Of a DNA stretch of 64,000 nt, positions 51,265 through 64,000 are shown piece after piece (position 1 is the first letter of the stretch; each line of letters begins with the position of its first letter). The stretch comes from Chiloscyllium plagiosum (taxonomy: Eukaryota). The stretch covers positions 71,812,055 through 71,876,054 of the forward strand of contig NC_057719.1 in the NCBI RefSeq assembly GCF_004010195.1, read 5' to 3'. Below the pieces are notes generated by a model. That model was not told the origin of the DNA, did no database searches, and saw only the letters and a list, made by a program, of their open reading frames with translations. The translations under genes and the position numbers were made by a program.

Positions 51265-51438
51265 CACCCACTTTGTATGGGCGTGCCAACTCATTCCGCT
51301 TTATGAGGTGTTGCTTATGATGAATATTGCTGCCATCATCCTCTTTAAGTCTAGAAAATGTCAACCTGTTTGGTCCAGTGTGATAGATGAAACCACTTCC
51401 TGATCTAAAGAAGAAGTATTTCGTGTATTGTTTGTTTC
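51265..51438 (-). pseudogene. Candidate cadherin-like exon
   Basis: ctaacag| then GNKQYTKYFFFRSGSGFIYHTGPNRLTF..., resembling GN..F.I..SG.I...LD. Confidence 0.35.
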
Positions 51439-51929
51439 CTGTTAGCAACTAGTTACAGGTTACATTGATATGAAAGACATTGTTACAGAGACTTTGAGGA
51501 GGACCAAATCTTATGAGATCCTAAGCTGTTCTGCTTAAGGTACTTAGTAGTATTAACTTTTTCACACCCATATACAATACTCACCAAAACAGATTGGCAA
51601 GTCATTGTGTGCGAGGTTTTGCACACTTAATATCATGACTGCATTTCAAAAACAATTCCTGGCTTTGGGAAGTTTGAGTACATGGGATGTGATTTATCAA
51701 TGCAAGTTAATTTATCTTTATTTCCTCTTACTGCTGTTTTAAATAATCGAATGTACTTGCACACTACAATCAGGAATTACATATATTTTGTTCTCATCTG
51801 GACACCAGGGTGGAGAGCTGGGAATTCTGTGGTTAACGAGTAAGCACCATGCAACCAAAAAATCATCAAAGACATTTCCTACAATTAAATCTATCTTAGA
51901 AAAAGAACTATCAATTTGATGAAGAGGTC

Positions 51930-52226
51930 ATTAGATTAGATTACTTGCAGTGTGGAAACAGGCCCTTCGGCAAAACAAGTCCACACCGACCCTCCGAAGA
52001 GCAACCCACCCAGACCCATTCCCCTACATTTACCCCTCACGTAACACTATGGGAAATTCACCTAAACTGAACAGTTTTGGACTGTGGGAGGAAACCAGAG
52101 CACCCGGAGGGGACCCAAGCAGACACGGGGAGAATGTGCAAACTCCACACAGACAGTTACCTGAGGCAGGAATTGAACCCAGGTCTCTGGCACTGTGAGG
52201 CAGCAGTGCTAACCACTGTGCCACCC
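51930..52226 (-). mobile_element. Full-length HE1/V-SINE
   Basis: A box, B box, V domain and tail. Confidence 0.92.
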
Positions 52227-52299
52227 ATTCAGAAATATTGCTAAGAAGTTCAAATTGGGGCAATTGGGGATTGGTTTTGACTTATAATATGATTCATAT

Positions 52300-54222
52300 A
52301 TAGACCAGATCAAAAAGTTGAAATTCTAAATTGGAGAAAGGCCAATTTTGACGGTATCAGGTAAGAACCTTTGAAAGCTGATTGGGGGCAGATGTTCGCA
52401 GGTAAAGGGACAGCTGGAAAATGGGAAGCCTTCAGATAATAAGGATCCAGAGAAAGTATATTCCTGTTAGGATGAAAGGAAAGGCTGGTAGGTATAGGGA
52501 ATACTGGATGACTAAACAAATTGAGGGTTTAGTTAAGAAAAAGAAGGAAGCATGTGTAAGGTATAGACAGGATAGATCGAGTGAGTCCTTAGAAGAGTAT
52601 AAAGGAAGTAGGAGTATACTTCAGAGGTGACATGAGATAGCTTTGGTAAATAGAATTAAGGAGCACCCAAAGAGTTTTTACAAATACATTAAGGGCAAAA
52701 GGGTAACTAGGGAGAGAATAGGGCCCCTCAAAGATCAGCAAGGCGGCCTTTGCATGGAGCCACAGAAATTGGGGGAGATACTAAATGGGTATTTTGCATC
52801 AGTATTTGGAAGGATATGGAAGATACAGAATGTGGGGAAATAGATGGTGACATCTTGCAAAATGTCCATATTACAGAGGAGGAAGTGCTGGATGTCTTGA
52901 GATGCATAANNNNNNNNNNNNNNNNNNNNNNNNNNNNNNNNNNNNNNNNNNNNNNNNNNNNNNNNNNNNNNNNNNNNNNNNNNNNNNNNNNNNNNNNNNN
53001 NNNNNNNNNNNNNNNNNNNNNNNNNNNNNNNNNNNNNNNNNNNNNNNNNNNNNNNNNNNNNNNNNNNNNNNNNNNNNNNNNNNNNNNNNNNNNNNNNNNN
53101 NNNNNNNNNNNNNNNNNNNNNNNNNNNNNNNNNNNNNNNNNNNNNNNNNNNNNNNNNNNNNNNNNNNNNNNTTTCAGACTGGAGGCCTGTGGCCAGTGGA
53201 GTGCCACAAGGATCGGTGCTGGGCCCTCTACTTTTTGTCATTTACATAAATGATTTGGATGCGAGCATAAGAGGTACAGTTAGTAAGTTTGCAGATGACA
53301 CCAAAATTGGAGATGTAGTGGACAGCAAAGAGGGTTACTTCAGATTACAACAGGATCTTGACCAGATGGGCCAATGGGCTGAGAAGTGGCAGCTGGAGTT
53401 TAATTCAGATAAATGTGAGGTGCTGCATTTTGGAAAGCAAATCTTAGCAGGACTTATACACTTAATGGTAAGGTCCGAGGGAGTGTTGCTGAACAAGGAG
53501 GCCTTGGAGTGCAGGTTCATAGCTGCTTGAAAGTGGAGTCGCAGGTAGATAGGATAGTGAAGAAGGCGTTTGGTATGCTTTCCTTTATTGGTCAGAGTAT
53601 TGAGTACTCAGGATTGGGAGGTCATGTTGCGGCTGTATTTGACATTGGTTAGGCCACTGTTGGAATATTACATGCAATTCTGGTCTCCTTTCTATTGGAA
53701 AAATGTTGTGAAACTTGAAAGGGTTCAGAAACGATTTACAAGGATGTTGCCAGGGTTGGAGGATTTGAGCTATAGGGAGAGGCTGAACAGGCTAGGGCTG
53801 TTTTCCCTGAAGCGTCGGAGGCTGAGGGGTGACCTTACGGCGGTTTACAAAATTATGAGGGGCATGGATAGGATAAATAGACAAAGTCTCTTCCCTGGGG
53901 GCCGGGAGTCCAGAACTAGAGGGCATAGGTTTAGGGTGGTAAAATTATGAGGGGCAAGATATAAAAGAGACGTACGGGGCAACCTTTTCACGCAGAGGGT
54001 GGTAGTGTATGGAATAGCTGCCAGATGAATTGGTGGAGGGTGGTACAATTGCAACATTTAAGAGGCATTTGGATGGTTATATGAATAGGAAGGGTTTGGA
54101 GGGATATGGGCCAGGTGCTGGCAGGTGGGACTAGATTGGGTTGGGATATCTGGTCGGCATGGATGGGTTGGACCGAAGGGTCTGTTTCCATGCTGTACAT
54201 CTCTATGACTCTATGACTCTAT
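52300..54222 (+). mobile_element. HER1-type CR1 LINE ORF2 3' half spanning the gap
   Basis: SGVPQGSVLGPLLFVIYIND...SKFADDTKI, RPLLEYYMQFWSP and a (ctatgact)n tail. Confidence 0.94.
52910..53171. other. Assembly gap (N run)
   Basis: 262 Ns. Confidence 1.
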
Positions 54223-54446
54223 GTATCCTTTGTTCAGGTATAGATCAATGCACATCTGGAACGTATGAGTAACCACTGATTCGATGTATCCCATAAATCT
54301 ATATTCATCCTAAGAACTAGTTCTACCAGAAAACAGGCTGAAAAATTCTTTCCTTTATCCTTTTGATTCTTGCATGAACCTCACTGTGATTCTTCAACAA
54401 GGAAGAAACAGGTAAAGTGCTTTAGCAGTACTGTGGCAGTTTTGTT

Positions 54447-54752
54447 GCACGGTGGCTCAGTGGTTAGCACTACTGCCTCACAGCACCACAGTCCCAGGTG
54501 CAATTCCAGCCTTGGGTGACTGTCTATGTGGAGTTTGCACATTCTCCCCATGTCTGTGTGGGTTTCCTCCGGGTGCTCCAGTTTCCTCCCACAGTCAAAA
54601 GATGTGCAGGTGAAGTGAATTGGCCATGGTAAATTGCCCGTAGTGTTAGGTGCATTAGTCAGAGGGGGGTGGGTTGCTCTTCGGAAGGTTGGTGTGGACC
54701 TGTTGGGCCGATGGGCCTGTTTCCACACTGTAGGGAATCCAATCTAATCTAA
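54447..54752 (+). mobile_element. Full-length HE1/V-SINE
   Basis: A box tggctcagtgg (54453-54463), B box ggtgcaattcc, V domain and aatct tail. Confidence 0.93.
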
Positions 54753-56789
54753 AAACCTTGGGGGAAATGAGCTTTGCTTTTGCCATATGGAAAAGAGTAT
54801 GTCCAAGAGTTATTTAATGTTCTGTTTAATGTGAGTAATGGTGCAGAGCATGAGAAGATTTATCGATCAATCCTTACAAAAACAATGAATTATTTAATGC
54901 TTCCTTCATTTTTGCCTTTCACTGCAGTGTTCGTTGAGTGGTCTTATTGTGGATCAGGTAGAATGTCACTGCACTCTGAAGGGCCGATAGTATTAAAATG
55001 TGCAGAATAGTGCAGTAAACGTAAGCTCAAAAGGATATTACAATTGATAGCCTGTCTACCCAGTGCTTATGCTGCTTATTTGACATATCCATAAAGGCTT
55101 GATTTTTTTACAATCCTCTCAGCCAGACTGACTAACAGGAAGGGTAACAAATCCAAAGCTTGCAGTAATTACAGTGATCTGAGGACCAGTTACTGCAACA
55201 ATGCACTATGGCTAAGCATGTAAGTAACTATGATTTCATCTGAAAACTCTTCAAAAGCTTTTTGATTTCTGCCAAAGAATGAAGGTGTTGTGTGTATAGG
55301 AGAGGGTGTATAGAGGAGAGGCCCTCACAAACTGGTTAAAAAAAAATTGTTTGAATAAGCAGCCCAACATGCTGCCACCTTGGTAAAGCAAGTATGTTGG
55401 AGTGAACTGCAGTAACTTTCCAGGAGTAATTTACTATAAATGATCAAGCAATGATTTGCGCCCTCAATACAGTGATTTTAGAAACAACATACTGAGTCAG
55501 AATCTCAACTGCAGTATTTGTCAAAACAAGGGACAAGTCACAGCTGCTCAATCTGAGCCACTATGATAGACCTTTACCATTAAAAGCAGCATAAGAAGAA
55601 ATAGAAAAGGCTATTTTCTCATTTAGGGTAGTGCTTAATATGCTGCAGAGAGTTACACAGTGTAAGTGGAGAAACTATAGTATATTTTTATTTAAAAACA
55701 ATATTAAAATCTTTCGCGACATTGGCACTCAACAGAGAATTAATCTACAAAGTGTTACAATGGTGCAAGTGATGTCAATTACAAACATTCATAACTGAAA
55801 ATATGTGCAGGCCTTCAGCTGAAAAAGCAATGGAGCTTTTAATGTTTCATCAGAATGAAGTGCTTATTTAAGTATCGTATCTAGGTTCACTATCCCTCCA
55901 TGATTTAAAAATAAATTACTTCCTGGGCAGATACCAGCTCTGTTTTAACAACTGATTGAGTGACACCCCGGTATCAGAAATTATGGTGAAGCCCACAATT
56001 GGTTTGCTTGCCATTCTCACAAATGAATGGGCAAGGTCAAGAAGCTTACCAGACTGGCAGGGGACTTTGACTGACAGCCAGTCCAGAACTTGAGCTCACA
56101 ATAGTCCAATTGCGAGTCAAGCACTCAATCACTTCAGCTACTGAGCCACCCTCAAAGCAACCTTTTGAAAGCTGCTATTTGCATCAAAATTACAAGACTC
56201 CCACAGTGCATTAATGCATTTTTTATTCAGGATGTGGTTAGTAAAATCTTTTAGATCCACTAATAATCTTCATTCAAATACAAAATATTGCATACAGTTG
56301 CATCTACCAAGCTGTGTTGCAAATAAATACTATATTCTCATTAAAGCATCATAATTTCCTGTAATTTTTCCATAATAATTGTTATGAAATCCAAACAAAA
56401 TCATAGTGCAGAATAAACCCACTGAGCATCCTTCACTGAAAATGCAAATGAATTCATGTCTACTCCAGGATATTTATGTTTATATTTATATGATACATTT
56501 CACACAGGAAAAATGGTCTTTGATGAAATTATTTTTTGTAAGGTTGTAACTGTTCCATCTGAAGTGCAACAAAATCATATGAATTAAATTTGGTATTGTA
56601 CCTAATTCCACTTTGGGTTTTATAAATTATTTGCATTAAGATAATGCTTTAAACAATTTTCAGTCATTCATTGACATAACAATTGTGTCTACAGTTTACT
56701 GATGGTGTACACATCCTGTGATGCTGTTTCAGACTGAAAATGTCTTTGATATCTGCCTTTTGTGTTGTTTCCTGTCAGGTTTCCCAAAG

Positions 56790-57245
56790 CTATGTCCAGG
56801 AAGGGGAATTCATTCGTCCCAATCGCTGGACCTGTGAGGAGCACTGCTGCTACAATTTTTCAGACCTCTGCACTTGCCCTATCTTACACTGCAGCAGAGT
56901 AGTATGCTGGCAGATACACAATCTTGTTGTAACTCAGCTGAATGCAGTAATGTGCATCCTTACTGGAACTCTGCTAAACATCCCTTTTGTGGTTTCCCAT
57001 CCTTGCAAACGTCACTCCTTCCCATTCCTACTCAATGATGAAAACCCACAGTTGATGGAGATCATTCATGCTGCATGTCACCTATTTCTCCATGGTGGCC
57101 TGTTTAACCCACCAAGTGCCTGCCTTCCATCTTAGCACCCAATGTGGAGAAACTGTCCTGAGCAAGATCTGCCAGCAAACATTCTTTGGATCAAGGTGTA
57201 TGAAGCACAAGAAATCACTAATAAATTCCTTGTAATAATAAATTC
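56790..57245 (+). mobile_element. Vingi/Ingi-like LINE C-terminal relic
   Basis: SALALSYTAAE..., QLNAVMCILTGTL...WFPILANVTP resemble the ALALCYSAAEY and LN..MR.I.GTL..LP.L.NI.PP motifs. Confidence 0.6.
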
Positions 57246-57497
57246 CTTGGGCCGAAGGGCCTGTTTCCACACTGTAAGCCTGCGTGGGTTTCCTCCGGGT
57301 GCTCCGGTTTCCTCCCACACTCCAAAAAATGTGCAGGTTAGGTGAATTGGCCACGCTAAATTGCCTGTAGTGTTAGGTGCAGGGGTAAATGTAGGGGAAT
57401 GGGTCTGGGTGGGTCCGCTTTGGCGGGTCAGTGTGGATTTGTTGGGCCGCAGGGCCTGTTTCCACACTGTAAGTAATCTAATCTAATCTAATCTAAA
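57246..57497 (+). mobile_element. Two tandem HE1 SINE 3' fragments
   Basis: A short tail (57246-57278) is directly followed by a longer 5'-truncated copy. Confidence 0.85.
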
Positions 57498-58554
57498 CTC
57501 CATCTGCGTAATACAGATTCTGAACTACAAGAGTAGATCTTGCAAGACTGGTCCTTGCTAAACAGTGTCAGGACAAGCCTGGGACCATTCTCAGCCAAAC
57601 GTGCATTGGGACCTAAGTACAAACCTCTTATGCACTTGGGCAGCGTTAAGGCCATGGATCAAGAATCCAAATCACCTATGGACATATTGAAATTTAATTT
57701 TGTTTTTGTAAAAGGACTGATACAAATGACTGTAGATGTAAATTCAGAGGCATCTGGAATGAGAGAACCTGGAATGCCAAGGAAGCATCAAAGGGATGGA
57801 TTTAAAAGGGAGAAAATGCACGATAAACTGCAAAGTAATCTCTTGGGTATTATTTAAGATAGTGAACATGATGGGAGGAAAAGACAGCAGTCTGGGAGAA
57901 AGAGAGACAGGTTTTGAGTTTACAGCTTTCAAGAATACAGAAGAATGAGGGTTAAAAGTCAGTTCGATTCTGGTATAAGTGTGCTCAAAGAAGAGGGTGT
58001 GCTGAGGTGTACTAGCCTGGGTTCAAGCACTAGTGCGCTGTGAAGAACCATCCAGCCATCACCCCTTGCTCTCTTGCTCTGAGTGCTAGAAAACAACCAG
58101 CCAGCAAGCCAAATAACAGACCGAAAGAAATTCAATCAACCTATCAATACCCAAGAACCTCGCAATTAACCGTTTGATATTCCCCTACCCACCTTTCACA
58201 AATGACCAGAGACTAAACATTTTAAACTTTTATCATTTTGGAATCACTTCTCATTTCTAATCTTTGCATGTGTGTTGCATTATTATTTTTCTCATGTTTA
58301 GGACCTATTGAACTCACTGTTTATTAACTCAAGGAATTTTGAGCAAATTGGTTACTTTCCAAACATAAATCCATTTGGTCTGGGAAAGAGTATTCATCAA
58401 TGAATGGGATCTTTTGTAAATTAACCTTGTTACGATGAACCTCAGGGGTGGGTAAATAAACTAAGGGAGTCAATTCATTTCTCCACACCCGGGAACTTGA
58501 TCATTTGGTATCTTTCAGCTGGAACCGTTAAGAACTTGGGGAATGTAGTCTGGA

Positions 58555-58794
58555 AATGAAAGTGAGGACTGCAGATGCTGGAGATCAGAGTCAAGATTTA
58601 GAGAGGTGCTGGAAAAGCACAGCAGGTCAGGCAGTATCTGAGGAGCAGGAAAATCGACGTTTTGGGCAAAAGCCCTTCATCAGGAAAGGGCTTTTCCTGA
58701 TGAAAAAGGCTTTTGCCCGACACGCGATTTTCACGCTCCTCAGATGCTGCCTGACCTGCTGTGCTTTTCCAGCATCTCTCTAAATCTTGACTCT
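58555..58794. mobile_element. Palindromic pLTR-derived insertion with two decayed hammerhead cores
   Basis: Inverted arms meet at about 58690, with CTGATGA..gggcttttgccc cores on both strands. 14-bp TSD gaat[g/a]tagtctgga (58541-58554 and 58795-58808). Confidence 0.82.
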
Positions 58795-58836
58795 GAATAT
58801 AGTCTGGAGTCTGCCCAAAACAGGAGAGACAAAAGT

Positions 58837-58943
58837 CATGCTGCATGTAACCATGGAATGTTCCCTGTAGAGACTAAGTGGTGGCACGGTGGCACATGCT
58901 GCATGTAACCATGGAATGTTCCCTGTAGAGACTAAGTGGTGGC
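58837..58943. repeat. 49-bp direct duplication around a 9-bp spacer
   Basis: catgctgcatgtaacc...gtggtggc occurs at 58837-58885 and 58895-58943. Confidence 0.9.
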
Positions 58944-59779
58944 CTAAATGAGAAGGCTATTAACCATGGGAATTTGCATTCATGAAACAAATAATTTGTT
59001 GAAAGTCACTAGGACCATTTCCTCTATCACAATATCCAATTGTCTCTTGAATGACTCCTGATGCTTCTCCCCCACAATTCTCCCAAAGGATCATTCTATG
59101 AAGGAGTTTCTTTGCATGAAAATTTTTCTCCTGACATCAATCCTGAATCTGTCGTTCCCAATATATACCAATATATTTCTGTCCAATGATAGTGGTTCAA
59201 TTTCTATTTTTCTATTTCATTAGAAACTGAACACAGTACTGAAGATGCGTCCTTGACTAAATCACTATCCATTTCAGAAGACCAGCATCAGATTTCTACA
59301 GTACCTATTCAGCAATACGGTATAACATTGTTTGCTCTGTTCATTTCCACTGTGCGACAACTGGATTTCACCAACATTAAAGCCACCATCATTCTCAATA
59401 TCTATCAGCATCTTCCTGAAGAAATTCAATATATTCATTCAGTACATTCCACCTCTTTTCTAATCATCCATTTCCCTATGTTAGCATTGAATTTCATCTG
59501 TCACAGCTCTGGACACTTGCAAAGATTCCAGATCCTACAGTACAATATGAAAATCTCTCCAAGTTGTATTGAGCTTAAGAATTGTGGTCCTTTATGAAGA
59601 TCAGAAACATTAAGGGTCTTGCCCTCAATACCTAAGGTACTGCATTAATCTACCACCCTAATCTGGCATCATTGTTACATGTTGTTTGTTTGCTGTCAGC
59701 CAATCCCCACATTCATCTCCATGATTTACAAGGTATATCCTGAAGAAATTCACTCACAACAGTTGTCTTTGAGTTGGGG

Positions 59780-62730
59780 TAAATATCCCTGGCATCATAG
59801 TGTTTTTTGGGAAGATTGACTTGGTTGGTCCCTGTCATTGAAGACTGGGCCCAGTATGTGGAAAGAATCTTTTTTTTCCCAAGCAAATGACTTTGGGACA
59901 GATTAAAAGCAACATGTAATTCACCTGACAGCTTGTGGATCCACAGCTTCTTAGGTTGTTAGGAGCTTAACTGTCCCTGAGGAACCAGATATTAAAACAT
60001 TTCAAATGTTGACAGATTGAGTTAAGGAATATTACAACCCCAAACCTCAGTTCTGAGAAACTGTCAGTTTTACTCACAATTTGATAACCAGGAGAATCCA
60101 CATGGGGAGTTTTGACCAGGTTAACACGACTGGCAGAGGCATATGACTTTGGGTTAACCGTTAATGCGATGTTGGGAGACCACTTGGTATGTGGGATTAA
60201 TGATGTAACCATGCAAAATCACCTACTAGCCAAAACCCAACTGGACTTCAAACAGATACTAAATTGGCTTTATCATTGGAAAATGCAGCAAGTGGAGTGT
60301 ATGAGTTGCAGAATATTCAAATGGAAGTGGACACCCTTGTCAGTCTGACTGAGCTTGGGAAACGCCAGTTGAGTGAAGGCAACTGCACAGCCACACTCAG
60401 GATATATCCTGAACAGAAGGGCACAAGGTCAGCCCACAGCAAAACCCAAAACAAAACCGTGACTCAGGCAAATGGTAAAAAGTTTCTTCAGTATCTGGGC
60501 CGGGAAGCCATTATAGTTGCTGCCAGTATGAGGACTGCAAACAGCAAGAATCTCGCTAGACATAAATTGAGTAACAGAACTTGTAGACCAGTATCCAGGA
60601 GAGTGTACACCCTGGAAGGTCCACCTATATCTGCTTTGGAACAGTTAAATTGCTGCGTAATATCCAAATCAGAACCAATCAAAATAAATATCTGGTTAAG
60701 TGGTCACCTGGTTCTAATGGAGATTGATACCAATGTGGCCATTTCAGTGATCACAGAACCGGTTTTTAACAAAATTCAATCTGTACTCCAACCCTTAAGT
60801 TTGTGCACAACCTTGGCTAGACTGAGAACCCACACTGGGGAACCTTTACAGATTGCGGGTACAACTTCAGTTCCAGTCTCGCATGAGAAGCAGCTGGTTC
60901 AGTTACCACTGATAGTAGTAAAAGGCGAAATTGGTTGAGAAAGATTCATCCAAATTGACTCAACATTTTTTGATTAGAAAACGGCTGCTTGAGCAATGCC
61001 CAAATTAAATACTCAGACTTTTTTCAGATCGATCTAGGGACTATCAAAGGAGCCAAGGCCACCTTGCATGTTGACCAGGAAGTGATTCCATGATTCTGGA
61101 AGGCCCACCCAGTGCCATTTGCCTTTCAGGCAAAAGTAGAGTCAGAAATCAAAAGGCTGGAAATGAAGGAATCACTAAACTAGCCCAGTTTTCAGAATGG
61201 GCAGCACTGGTCGTACTGATTGTGAAGCCCAACGGGTTGTTTCACCTTTGTGGGGATATTTTAACAAATGCTGAACTGTTTTTTACAGCTGGATAAATGC
61301 CGAATATTTTGTATGGGGGATTTATATGCAAAGTTGGTAGGGGGCCTGTCCTTCATGAAGCTGAATATGAGCCACGTATACTTGTAATTGCATTAGATTT
61401 CCAGAAGAATGCTACAATTAATACCCGCGAGGGTTTGTACCAAAATATGAGACGGCCATTTGAGATATCATCAGCCTGTGCAAGTTTTCAGCGAATGATG
61501 GAAAACATTTTACAAGGTCTACCCCAGGTCACCATTTATCGAAATGGCATTCTAATAATAAGTAAGACCAATATAGAGCACTTAGAGAACTTGAACATAG
61601 TGTTTAGATGTTTCTCCCAGTTGGGTGGGTGTGCACCTTGAAAGAAAAAAATGTGATTTTCCAGACATCATAAGTGACAAGAGTCAACAAGATCAGGTTA
61701 TACCTGTTGGAAGATAAAGTGAGGGTGATCAATGGTGCTCCAGCTCCCATATCTGTACCAGAGTACACATGTTTCCTTGAGTTGGTGAATTATTATGGAA
61801 AGTTCATACATAATCTGGCCTCCCCTGGCACATTTGCATCAACTCCGAAAGAAGGGTTAGCCTTGGAAATGGTCACATAGGTAAGCCATAGCTTTAAGGA
61901 GGGTCAAGAAACAGTTATAATCCTCTCAGGTGTTGGTACAGTATGATGCCAAGACCGATCTGTATTGACATGCAATACCTCCCCATACAGCATCAACGTA
62001 GTATTAGCTCATAGATGGCCCAATGAAGAGGAATGCCCAATAGTGTATGCATCCAGGACTTTGGCTAATGCAGAGTGTAAATATGCGCAGATCGAGAAGG
62101 AAGGTTTGATGGTCATATTTGAAGTCAGGAAGTTGCCACCATTAATTTTATAGATGTAAATTTGTAATAATAACAGACCACAAGCCACTATTAGGACTAC
62201 TTGAGGAGGACAAGACAGTGCCATCCGTAGCTTCAGGCCGAATGTAGTGGTGGGCTCTAATACTAAGTACATATAAGTACAAGTTGGAGCACCATCCGGG
62301 AGGTCACTGCCTTCCGCTGGCAGATATGTCCCTGGTGGTACCGCCACTGGAAGAGTCCATAATGATTTTAAATTCTCTGAACACACTTCCAGTCACAGCT
62401 GACAATATCAGACTTTGGATGCAGAAAGATCCGGTCCTGGCAAAACTGAAACAGCTGACAAATGGTGCGGGAGCAAATTGTGCCAGGCTCCTCACAGCCT
62501 TTCTGACCGTTCCGGAATCCATGGGTTCTCCTTCTCTGTCAAGCATTAAAGATACCTCGGAATCTGAGATGGATATGGCAGATGTTGCTGCCTCAACTTG
62601 TTTGCTGCCTGAGGAAGAGAATAAATTTCTTCTGAGATGCTAGGGATGCAAGTGGTGAGCTACTGTGCATAATACGGAGTCCGTAGCAGAGGCAGAGTCA
62701 GAGGAACCTGAACCAGTGCTAAAACACCCC
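59780..62730 (+). mobile_element. Gypsy LTR retrotransposon internal region (K02A2.6-like), decayed, integrase core deleted
   Basis: gag EDWAQYVER and LGDHLVCGIND; PR MEIDTNVAISVI; RT SEWAALVVLIVKPNG and RPFEISSACASFQRMMENIL; RH IVYASRTL..YAQIEKEGL. After KDPVLAKLKQL the sequence jumps to a C-terminal tail. Confidence 0.88.
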
Positions 62731-63457
62731 AGATTTAAATGTGGTGAGTTTGATCTGCCAAGTTGAACAAACGTGGTGAAGTACTGTAACATTTCGGGAG
62801 TGAGAGTCACCCTGACTGGCAGGTCAAAATGGGCGGTGGTGGCACAGCTGTTATTTCAGATTTACAGAACCTTCAGTATTCTGCTTCATAACTGCATTAA
62901 CAACTCTCTTTCCAACATCTTTAAAACACTACTCAATTGGAAATGATAATTCAACAGAACATACATTGGATTGTCATTCTGTATAACTGCTGAAGTCAGA
63001 TTTCACCCCCTTTGTTATTCTTATTTTTTAATGGAAACCCCTGAGCCTCTCAGTTGTCCATAGTTGAGGCAGTGATTAAATCAATCTACTATTTTGCAAT
63101 TACCTTTGAATGCACAGGAATCGGTAAGCCTGTTTTTTTGCTCCCTCTATGGCAGACATATCATCTCCATGTTACATCTCATCTAATCCCGATTCAATAG
63201 CCATCACATTGCACCTCACCTACGTGGCATCCCAGCCACCACTACCACAACTCCCTCCCATATCATTTCCACTCAGTATCCCTGCCTCACTTCACCTCAC
63301 TCATTATTGCATCCACACTTCATTTCAAATCCTATTTCACCTTCCCCATGCATTCCAATCTCATCCCTCTCAGCATTCCCACCTGGATTCTCAGATTATC
63401 ACCCACTTCCTCCCTGCTCTGCACCCCAACCCCAATTTTATTCAACATTCATCTCAC

Positions 63458-63641
63458 CTCTCAGCATTCCCGACCAGCCACATCCAATCCTATTCCACTT
63501 CTCTCAGCATTCCCAACCAGCCACATCCAACCCTATTCCACTGCTCTCAGCATTCCCAACCAGCCACATCCAATCCTATTCCACTTCTCTCAGCATTCCC
63601 AACCAGCCACATCCAACCCTATTCCACTGCTCTCAGCATTC
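63458..63641. repeat. 43-bp minisatellite with an ABAB (86-bp) pattern
   Basis: ctctcagcattccc[a/g]accagccacatccaa[t/c]cctattccact[t/g], four units plus a partial, with alternating variants. Confidence 0.92.
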
Positions 63642-64000
63642 ACTTTACCATTCCTCCCAAACTTTGCAAACCCAACCCTCTCCCAATCAGTTCTCTCAAC
63701 ATTTCCCCATTCTTCGCTCTTGCTAGATTGGGAGGGATAATCATGGCTAATTGCTTGGCTCTGTAATGATGAGAGTAGTTGCGTTATCTACTGCAATGGA
63801 TACACATTTCAATAACTTCTCAAATTACTGTGAATCTCTAGTTAACAACTGCCACATGCTGTAAACTGGTGCATGAACCCCTTATTTACAGGAATACAAT
63901 CTGCCTGAAGTCTTCATTTCTTTCTACTTCATCCTATGTCTCTCTATTTCTAGCTGTTTCACTGAAAGCAATTTTCTGACACATGCTTCCTTCTGAAAGC

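Noticed and set aside
52728..53253. Long ORFs across the N run
   Set aside because: Artefact of the assembly gap inside a CR1.
54447..54520. tRNA gene
   Set aside because: The A and B boxes belong to the SINE head and continue into the V domain. The same applies to the other copies.
57900..58540. 5' LTR of the Gypsy element at 59780
   Set aside because: It has LTR-like composition, but no second copy or convincing PBS was found and unrelated sequence intervenes.
63149..63766. 205-aa ORF and overlapping ORFs
   Set aside because: They arise from a G-poor strand and a minisatellite that lack stop codons, and show no domain signature.

Overview
Eukaryotic, repeat-dense vertebrate DNA, almost certainly from a shark or ray: it carries many HE1/V-SINE-type tRNA SINEs, HER1-type CR1 LINEs and Deu-domain SINE relics. 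I see no intact host gene. The main contents are: (1) a decayed endogenous retrovirus (about 13.57-20.75 kb, + strand; LTR-leader-gag-pro-pol-env-partial LTR) nested inside a Gypsy-type LTR inside a CR1, whose leader has four tandem covarying purine-bulged hairpins with ancestrally palindromic ACCGGT loops; (2) a Penelope-like element ending in an intact minimal hammerhead ribozyme motif, plus a family of about 200-bp palindromic, TSD-flanked insertions with the same hammerhead core at the fold-back point; (3) a full-length decayed L1-clade LINE (29.8-35.6 kb, -); (4) a decayed Gypsy internal region (59.8-62.7 kb, +); (5) Tx1, Rex/Babar, Vingi and Harbinger relics; (6) several unique minus-strand segments between 6.5 and 51.4 kb that translate to frameshifted cadherin-repeat-like motifs, suggesting a large intron-containing cadherin pseudogene. 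There is one assembly gap (52910-53171). All calls come from reading the sequence by eye, and boundaries are approximate unless TSDs define them.
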